DNA of 64,000 nucleotides from Clostridia bacterium (GTDB taxonomy: Bacteria; Bacillota; Clostridia; Oscillospirales; CAG-272). Made by a program: the position numbers and the translations under genes. The number at the start of each line of letters is the position of its first letter. Position 1 is the stretch's first letter. Shown here piece by piece: positions 52,907 to 62,600 of this stretch. Where the stretch lies: positions 17,023-81,022 of the forward strand of contig JAFQOP010000017.1 of NCBI GenBank assembly GCA_017403155.1, given 5' to 3'. Under the pieces are notes generated by a model. The model had not been told where the DNA came from, searched no databases, and saw nothing but the letters and a program-made list of their open reading frames with translations.

Positions 52907-52942
52907 AAAAAACACACAACCGCGAGGGTTGTGTGTTTTTTT
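52907..52942. terminator. Bidirectional intrinsic terminator shared by the convergent plus-strand block and the giant minus-strand gene
   Basis: 10-bp stem ACACACAACC/GGTTGTGTGT (52912-52921 and 52927-52936), flanked by A6 and T7. Confidence 0.8.
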
Positions 52943-52969
52943 ATTGTTTCTTTTGCTGTTTTTTGCTGA

Positions 52970-53650
52970 TTATTGCTCGCCTTCCTCGCAAAGAGCGTTG
53001 AGAGCGTGCTCAAGGAATTCTGCTATAAGTCTGTGACCTGCTGTGTTGGGGTGCAGACCGTCCTCCATATAGTACTCCCTCGTTTCCTCTGACTCGGGGT
53101 CGAGCTCAAGCTCGTTGTAAAGGTCTATCACATCAACTCCGTATTTTGCACACGCCTCAATGATAGCGTTTACGTAATCCTCGAGGGTGTGTCCCGCTCC
53201 GTTCGGGATGCTGTCGTAGGTGTGCGTCTCGCCCGTTGCGGAATTTACACCGTAGCCGTATCTGTGAAGCGGAGTGATAAATACTATCCTTGCATTCGGG
53301 TATTTAGCCTGCAATGCGGGAATTATTACGTTGAGTGCGCCAAGGAAGGACACGTCAGAGGTATCGGTGATAGCTCCTATGGGAGTGTCGTAGCCGTAGT
53401 CGTTGGTTCCCATAAATATCGTTATCAGGTCAGCCTCGGGAACAGTGTCGTAAATATCCGTGAGCGAATCGCACTCAGCGCTGCCTGTGCCCGTGGAGCT
53501 TACAGTGCCCTCTGTTGAGGTAACTGTGCTAACACTGCCGAATTCGAGCATCTGCTCAAGCAGCTGCCAATACTTGTCGCCCTCGCAGCCTATGCCGGCT
53601 GTTATACCGTCGCCAACGAATATTGCATTTTTGTCTGCCCAGTAGCCCTT
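52970..53650 (-). other. C-terminal SGNH/GDSL-hydrolase-like domain with Ser-to-Gly substitution in block I
   Basis: Block I reads IFVGDGITAG (codon GGT, verified on the DNA at about 53610), where GDS is expected. Block III FMGTNDYG and block V DGLHPNTAGH are intact. Confidence 0.65.
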
Positions 53651-56600
53651 TATCTGAATACCCTCGCTTGCTCCGAAGTGCTTGGAGAAGAGAAGTGCGT
53701 GTGAATCACCCGTTACCATAATTCTGTCGTGAGCGATTTCCTCGGCACCTCGTACGTCGGCAAACATCGCAACCGAGTATATCTTACCCTTGAAGCTCTG
53801 CGCGGTAATTCTTTGGTCGGTAGCAATGAAGAATGTGGAGCCGTCGTAAGGAACCTCGCTCGCAAGCGTTACGCTTTCGGCAAAAATTCCGTTTACGTAA
53901 AGTGACGCGCTTGTGCCGTCGATGGTGAAGGTAAGGTGAACACTCTTTTCCGAACGGATATCCACGTTGAAGATATAAGAGTAGCTTACGCCGTTCTTCT
54001 TGTACCACAGACGTGGAGCGCCGTTAGTATAAATCTCAAGGTTCATTCTGCCGCTTGCCGTGCCGTCGTAGTTGCCGAGTATAACACCGCCGCGGTCTGT
54101 GATAGAGGGGGAAAGCTGAAGCTCAATCTCAAAGGTCTTGGGAGCGTCAGTGAGGTTGCCTTCAACAACGAAGTATTCGCCGCCCATAAGAGCCGAATCG
54201 GTATGAGTGTTGCTGTTAACGGTGTCGGGCGTGTAGGGAATACTGTATATTCTGACCACCCTGCCGCAATCGGAGCAAATGAGCTTTCCAAGTCCGTCGC
54301 AGTCTGCTGTGGGCTCAGCGAGAATTTCAAAGTGTACGTTACCGTGAATATCATTCACCTGATTTTCGTCAGCATTAATGTATTCCGTGTAGAACAGCAG
54401 TCCATCCCCGTCTGCCGTGCCAAGCATATCCTGCATGATCTGCTCTGCGCTTCTTACACTTTCAAAAAGACCTACGGAGTAGATTGTGCCTTTGAAATAC
54501 TGTGTATTGTCGGGTCTGAAGTCGCCGCCTATGTAGAAATTGTCGCTTGCCTCGGGAAGGGGAAGAGCAAGCTCCTTAACCTCTGTCAGAACACCGTTTA
54601 TGTAAAGGTAAGCGGTTGTTCCGTCAACAGTGAGTGCTACGTGGATTGGCTTATCCGAGCGGACGTCGGTGTCAAACCTGCAGTCAACGGTGGTTGTTCC
54701 GTTTACAAAGTAAAGTCTCAGCTTTCCTTCCTTATATACCTCAAAGCTTACTATGGGTTTGCTCTTGAAGTTGTTGCTTACGATAATGCCTCCGCGTCCG
54801 TTGCAGTCCTTGGAGAGCTGTATAATTGCCTCAAAGGTGAGAGGAGTTTTATCTATCGTGCAGTCGGTGCTGCCTATAACGTTGCTGTTAAACGACTGTC
54901 CGTTGTAGCTTGAGTTGCCCTTTTCGGTGAAGTACGTGGAGTAGATAAGTCCCTCGGACTTGTCGGTCACAACCGTCATATCGCTTATGATTTCAGCCTC
55001 GCTTCTTGCCGTGCTGAATATATTGAGCGAGTATAGCGTTCCCTTGAAGTACTGAACGTTGTCTGCGCGGTAGTCGCCGCCGATAGCATATGCTCCCGAC
55101 ATCGTGGGAAGTGCACCCTCGACAGTCAGCGTCTCTGCAAGAGAACCGTTGACATACAGGGATATTTCCAAATCCGCCGCTACAAGAGCAATGCTTATGG
55201 GTGTATCCGAGCGTATATCGGTGGCAAAGGTGTAATCGTGCTTGACTCCGCCGTTGATGTAATAGAGTCTGAGTCTTCCTCCTGCCGCTATCTCAAGATT
55301 GAGCGTATCCTTTGTGCCGTCGGTGTAGTTTCCGAGGATAACGCCTGCGCGCTCCTCGTGGCTCGTCGGAATCATTGCGGTAAATTCGATAGTACCCACC
55401 GTGCTCTCGCTTACCTCAAGCTCGGTAAGGCTGTTCTGCTTAAACTGCGTGCCGGTTGTGTTGCCCGTAATATAGGTTGGCTCGTCGGATGAGGAGAAAT
55501 AGCTTGAGTAAAGCACACCGGGTGCGGCTGCGCTTACGTATTCCTTGTCGGTAAGTATCTCCTCACAGCTCCTTACTCTGTCAAAGAGTGCAACCGAGTA
55601 TATCTTGCCCTTGAATACCTGGGGAAGTACGCTTCGGTTGTCCGCACCGACAACCATATTCTTGTCTATTTCGGGCAGGGGAGTGTGTATCTCGACCGTT
55701 TCGGAGAGCACTCCGTTTACATAAAGCCTTACAAAATCGCCGTCAACGGTTACCGCGAGGTGTACGGGCTCCGTCGAGCGTATATCCTCAGCGAAGAGTA
55801 TATCCGTTCTTATTCCGTTCGTTATGTAGAACAAACGCACTCTGCCCTGACTGTATATTTCCAGGTTGATAGCGTTTTCGTCCTCATAGGATGAGTAGTT
55901 TCCTACAATAACGCCTCCGCGCTGTGAATAGCTCTTGTCAAGCAGTACGGTTGCCTCAATCGTAAGAGGTGCCTTGTCAACGTAAACGGGAATGGGGCTG
56001 CCGCCAACAAAGCTGATACCCGTGTTGCTTTCGGGATTGATGGCACTGCCGTTGTATTTTGTTTCCTCCGTAACGATTATCTCGTCACAAACAACACACC
56101 TTCTGTAACGGATACCGTTTTCCTCGGGTGTTGCAATTCTGTCAACAGTCCACTCGCCAAGCGAGTGCAGGGTTTCGTATATTTCCTTGTGTCCGCAGCA
56201 GCTGCATACCTTGTATATGTATCCGTGCTCGGTCTCGCTTGCCTCCACTCTTTCTGTATCCTCGAGGGTGTGAGTCACAAGCTCTGCGTTTGTCGAATAC
56301 CTTGCAACTATTGAGAATACGCTGTTCTCCGAGCAGGTGGTCTCCTTTATTACAAGAGCCGAGTTGGATTGATAATACATTGAGCCTGCATGAAGATTGA
56401 GCGAGTTGAGAAGCGAAACGTAATAGCGGACTCCGTCCTTCACGTAAGAGAACTGCACGTCCTTGTTGTGAATTGCGCCGAGCGGCCACTGATTTATGGA
56501 TTTGAACCCGATATCTACTCCAACCTCAAGGTCGTCAAACGTCGTGGGATCAAAGGATTCCATATTCACGTATATCTTGTTGTTGGGGTTCTTGTTTTTG

Positions 56601-59600
56601 TGGAATGCATCGATAAGCATCTGCTCAAGCTGCTGGGCGAGAGAGAAGCTACCGCTGTATTCAGCAGCATTCCAGGTGAATATGATGTAATCCTCGGAGT
56701 TGTAAAGCTCGCGCATATACTTGCAGTAAGGATTGTATATCTCGCTCCAGGAGAGAATGTCTCCGCCAAAGGGAGTGAAGTACATCTCGAATACGTCGTC
56801 GTTTTCCGTGCCTATATACACAAGACGCTCGTCCTCGGGAATTTCCTCGTATTTGCCCTCCAGAATGAGATCTATCTGCTTTGTCGTCTCAACGTTCATC
56901 ACGTTCTGGAATTCAACAATTCCTTCCTGATCACCGTATTTCGGCATCAGGCGCAGATAGTTAACGGAGATGCGGTAGATGTCCTCGTGGTCGGAAACGA
57001 TAGTAGCTGTCTGAAGCTTCCAGTTTGCGTTGTAGCCCGCGTCCTTTATACCGTCAAGGTTGGAGCTTGAGGTCCAGACGGCATTTCTGTGTATCTCTCC
57101 GTTCATATCAATATAGTGAGATACTGCACAAAGTTTGGTGTGCATCATATCCGTGCCACCCTTGCCGCCTTCGCTGAGTGTCCAGTCGAAGTAGCAGTAG
57201 GAAAGATAATCGCTTATTGTGCCGTAGGGAGCATAATCGGGGTCACAATAGTCATTGTAATACGCCGAGAAATACCCTTCAAACGTGCTTGGGACAACAC
57301 CGTAATCCTTGATGGGATATCCCTCTCTGTGTCCGAGAACGTTAACGTGTATTCCCATCTTTGCCGCAGATACAAGCAGGTATGCAACTCTAACAAAGCC
57401 GAACTCGTCGTAGTTTTCGGTGTAGAGAGCTCTCGTGTATCCGAAGTATCTGCTGTTTCTGTTGATGTTAACCGCAGTCTGCACCGAGAAGCGGTATGAG
57501 GATATATCAATATATACCTCCTCGTCGGGATAAGCCTGCTTGTAAAGCATCGCCTGATAAATCATCAGAGCCTCGCCGACCGTCATATTATGAGCCGTTG
57601 AATATTTGGGATATACAAAGGTATCAACCGTAACCGTGCCGCCGTTGATGTTTTCAAACACGGTAGTTCCGCGGCTCATAAAGTTAGAGCTGTTGTCTAG
57701 CACGGGAAATTTATCATAGGTGCTGTTGATATATCCGTCGCTCGAATTGATTGCAAGGTCGAATATATCGTTTACGGATGCCGACTGCTTACCGACCGTG
57801 TTCCTTGTGGGCTCCGTGTAGCTTGTGTATACCTCTGCCGCAGAAAGGGTGAGGGGGGTGTCGTTTACGGTGAGTGCACCCTCGATTGCGGTCTGCCAGT
57901 ATGCATCGTCGAGCACAGTCTCCGTGTCAAGATCAACGTACTGCGTCTTATCGATATTGAGAACTGCATTCTTTGTATTACCCCAGATAACGCTTCCGCC
58001 CGTGGCAGTATTGCCCGAAACGGTAAGCGCCGCAAGCTCTACAACCGTGCCGGAGGTGGTTTCGTACATAAATCCACCCTTTACCGCGGAGTTGCCCGTT
58101 GCGGTTGCGTTGTGTATCTGCACGTCACTCTTGTTCGAAATATATAAGCCGCCGCCAAAGTTAGACGAGCTGTTGCGCTCAAAGTCGCATCCGTTGATAA
58201 CGGTCCTCGTGCCGCCCGTGTATATGAACAGCGCAGCACCGTTCTCAGTACATTTGTTGGACTTGAATTCTGTGTTATATATGCTTGATACCGCACCTTC
58301 GTACAGATACATACCTGCACCCATATTCGACGTGTTGTTGTTAACCGTGCTGTTATAAACCGTCAGCTCACCGAGAGTGCTGTAAACAAAGCCGCCGTTT
58401 GTTCTTGCGGAGTTTCTCGATGCGGTAACGTTGTTGAGCGTGATGCCTGCACCCTCGCCAAGAGAGATAGCACCGCCGACGCATGCGCTCGTATTCTTGG
58501 TAAACACACCGCCGTCTATCTCAAGCGTTGACTTGCCCGCGTGGATAGCACCGCCTGCACCGTCGGTCTTCTTGGTAATCGAGTTTGCAACGAACGTTAC
58601 GTCCTTCATATATACGTCAACGCTCGCGGTAAGCAGGAGAGCACCGCCGCTGTCCTTTGCAACGTTGCCCGCAAAATCGGTGGAGCGCACCGTGAGCACC
58701 TCGGTGTCGTTTTCGATTGCTCTTCTGGTTGCGTAGATTGCACCGCCGTTGTCCGACTCGTTGTCCTTAATGGTGGAGTCGGTTATGGTTACCTTGGCAT
58801 TTCTCTCAATATCGCTGCTGTATGCGATGTAGATAGCACCTCCGTTTTTATCCGAATAGTTGCCTTCAATTGCCGTGGTGCTTATATTTAGCGTTGAGCT
58901 TCTTACCGATATAGCACCGCCGTGCGAGGCTGCGCTTCCGGAAAGGAGCTCGGAGCCGTTGATGTTTACCGTGCTCTCACCGATAACGTAGAGAGCTGCG
59001 CCCTCTGCTGCCGCTGAGTTGGAATCGAATTCCGTTCCGTTAACGGTAAGAGTCGATTTGCGCTCTGTGCAGATAGCACCGCCGCTGCCAAGCGAGGAGT
59101 TGGAAATGAATTTGCACGCATTCGTTGTAACGATAGCACCCGATTCAAAGTCCGAATCGGATGAGTAGATCGACAGCGCGCCACCCGTGCTTGCGCTGTT
59201 GCCAATAAACGAGCAGCTGTCAAAACGCACCAGGCGTGTAACGTAATTGTCGCTTGACCTCGTTACAAACACAGCGCCTCCGCGGGATTTTGCGGTGTTG
59301 CTGCTGAACACGGTGTTCTTCACCGTAAAGGTGCTCGAGGTATATATAGCACCGCCGCTGCCTGAGATTGCACTGTTGCCGTCAAAGGTGGTATTGCCGT
59401 AAATCACAACACCGTTGAGGAACGTCGAGTAGATAGCACCGCCGTTCGACTGCGCCGTGTTGTCCTTGAAAAGTATAGGCGTGTCGGAGCTGTATCCGAT
59501 ATTCAGCTGAGTGGTGGAGTAGCTGGGTGAATAGTAAACGCCGCCGCTTACGGTTGCGTGGTTGGAAATAAAGCTGCCGCCGTAGAGCTTTATAACTCCG

Positions 59601-62600
59601 TAGTTGTAAACTACGCCGCCGCGCGCACCCGTATTACCCTCAAACACACCGCCGTATATCTTCAGGTTGCCCTTGTTGTAGAATACGCCGCCGAGTGTGG
59701 AATTGCGCAATTCCTCATCCGAGGTATCCTCGGGACGGATTGAGTTGTTGTTAAAGCTGCCGCCGTATACGTTCAGCGTGCCGAATGCAATTATAGCAAC
59801 CGAGCCACCAACGCGGTTAGGTCTTGACAGTCTGTATTGCTCGTTATATGCCTTTTCGTTTCCTACCTTGTAGCAGTTTATAACCGAAACGTTTTCATAT
59901 ATATCGGCAATCGCACCGCCACAGATAAAGATTACCGAGCCTGTAACGTCTACTGTCATATTGTCCTTGTTTCCGTCCACGGTAAGAAGGGCAGGGGAAT
60001 CGGATGACGGATTACCGAGAACAAGGCGCGCGTCTGCCTTCGCAAGCATTGAGTTGGTGCCGTCCCCGTGCTCACCGACAACAAACACGTCACCGCCGAA
60101 GTCAGGGGAACGGGTAAGGATATGTCTTGCCGTAGAGAAGATTGTAACGTTATAAGTGATATAGAACGTGCGGTCAATCTCGAAATCGGCTATTATCCTA
60201 ATTTTTCTTCTTCCAGCTGCGAGAGCCGCCTCAAGCTCGTCTGCGTTTGATACGTCGGTCGCGTCGGTAAGGTCGCCCGCAGGCTCGTTTCCCTCCTCGA
60301 TAAACTCGGGCACGTCGTCATATACGTTGTTTATAGTAAGCGTGCCATAAAGGGTAGCTTCCCAGTATTTTGCATCGAAAACGGGGTTTTCGGCATCGGA
60401 ATAGCTGCTCTTGTTGATATTGAGCACAGCTTCCGCGTTATCGCCGTAAACAAGCTGACCGTTTTTCGCACTGTTCGACGATACCGCAATACCGATAACG
60501 GTAGCACAGCTTCCACGTCCGCTGATATAAAGGAATCCGCCGCGTCCTGCATCATTCCTCTCAGCCTTTACGGAGTAGATATATGCGGTAGCACCGTTCA
60601 CCGTCGCAACAGCACCGCCGTTTGCCGCGCTGTTTTCGCCAAAGTCGCAAAGCTGGAGCGTAATGACGGTCGCATCACCGCTTGCATATACCGCGCCTGC
60701 GTTTCTTTTCGCACTGTTGGCGGTAAATACCGTAGTGTATATCCTTGCTACGGTAGCGTCTGTAATGGCTATGGCGCCACCGTTCTGTCTTGATGTGTTG
60801 CCGTTAAGGTACGTGCCGTAGGAGGTGAGTGTTGAGTCGACAGCATGTATTGCACCGCCGTCGTTCGCCGCGCTGTTAGCGGTGAATTTCGAGGTATTGC
60901 TGATATATGCCTCCGAGCCGTCAAGCGCAACAGCACCGCCGTTGTAGTCGGCACAGTTTGCGGTAAACGACGCACCGCTGACCGTAATATCCGAGCACTC
61001 TGCGTATATTGCACCGCCCTCAAAGGCATAGCCGCTCTCAAAGGTGTCGGAGGTGGTAGTGAGGCTGCCCTCGTATACGTACACAGCAGCACCCTTGTCT
61101 GCCTCGTTTTCTCTGAAGGTGTTTTGAGCGGAGCTTATAACCGTGTCGGCTGCATATATAAATCCGCCGTTTTCGTCAGCTGAATTGCGTGTGGCATTCA
61201 CACCGCCGAGAACTACGGGTGCGCCGCTTGTATAAACCGCACCGCCGTTTGTCGCACCGTTTTGATTGAACGTGCATTCGGTAACGGAAAGATTTGCGTT
61301 TTCAACGTATATTGCACCGCCGCACAGTGCGGTGTTTTCCGTAAAGTCACATTCCTTGATATCAAAGTCGGCACCCGAGAGGTAAAGCGCACCGCCAAGG
61401 TCCGCGTTGTTTTTATTAAACTCTGCACCGAGAAGGTCAACGAGTGCTGCATCGCTCTCAATGCATATTGCGCCGCCGTTTGTTGCCGTATTAGCAGTAA
61501 ACGTCGCGTTTGCAAGCGATGCGGCACCGCCTACGGCATATATTGCGCCGCCAAGCACTGCCGAATTCTCCAAAAGCTCGCAGCCGAGCTCAACGCTTCC
61601 CTCGGAAACGTATACTGCGCCACCACATTCGGTAGCCGTGTTTGCGGTAATGCTGCCGCCGTCGGCTATCAGAAGGCCAAGGCTGTATACTGCACCGCCA
61701 AGACGTGCCGTGTTGTTCTCAATTCTGCCGCCGTGGATATTAAGCGTGCCGATATTGTAAATTGCACCGCCCATATCCGCGATATTGCCGATAATGCTGC
61801 CGCCGTTTATATTGAGAGTACCGTTGTTGAATATAACGCCGTTTGCACCCGACGTATTATTTTCAATTTTTCCGCCGTAAACGTTTACGGTGGCATTTGC
61901 CTCGATGCTTATTGCACTGCCGTCAGCGCCAATCGCGCCTCTTACCGTAGCGTTTTCATAAATATCTGCCTGCGAGCCGCTTGCCACAACTATGACAGAC
62001 TCACCCTCGCCGCCCACTATGCTAAGAAAATCTGCATTTGCCGAGGTCGAAAGCCCCAGCGTAAGCACAACGGATGCATCGGTATAGGCACCGTCCCCAT
62101 CCTTGCCAACGACTATCAGATTTCCGCCAAAGCCGTCAGCGCGGGTAAGAGTGCAGGGAACTGTGGAGAAAATAACGGTGCTTGAGGTAACGTAAAGGGT
62201 TTCGCTTATTTCTATGTCGTTAACAACCTTGATATAAGGAGCCCCGGAAGCAAGAGCCGCCTTCAGAGCGTCAAAGTCTCTGACAATTGCCGCACTCCAC
62301 AGCCCGTCAACTATCTCGCCACTGTGATCTGTGTAGGGAGGAATGGCTGCATCGGAGTCGTATACCTTGAGTGAATTTACTATTGCACCTGACCAATAAT
62401 CGTCGGGCAGTGAGCCGCTCACGTCAAGGTCAACAAAATTGTCCTTGTTTATGTAAAGCTTTGCGTTGGTTGTGTTGCCCCAGATTATAGGACCGCCCAC
62501 GCTTGCCGTGTTGCCGGAAACCGTAATGCCGGATGCCGTAACCACAGTACCTGCGGACGTTTCATAGAGAAAGCCGCCCTTTGCCGCACTGTTGTCAATG

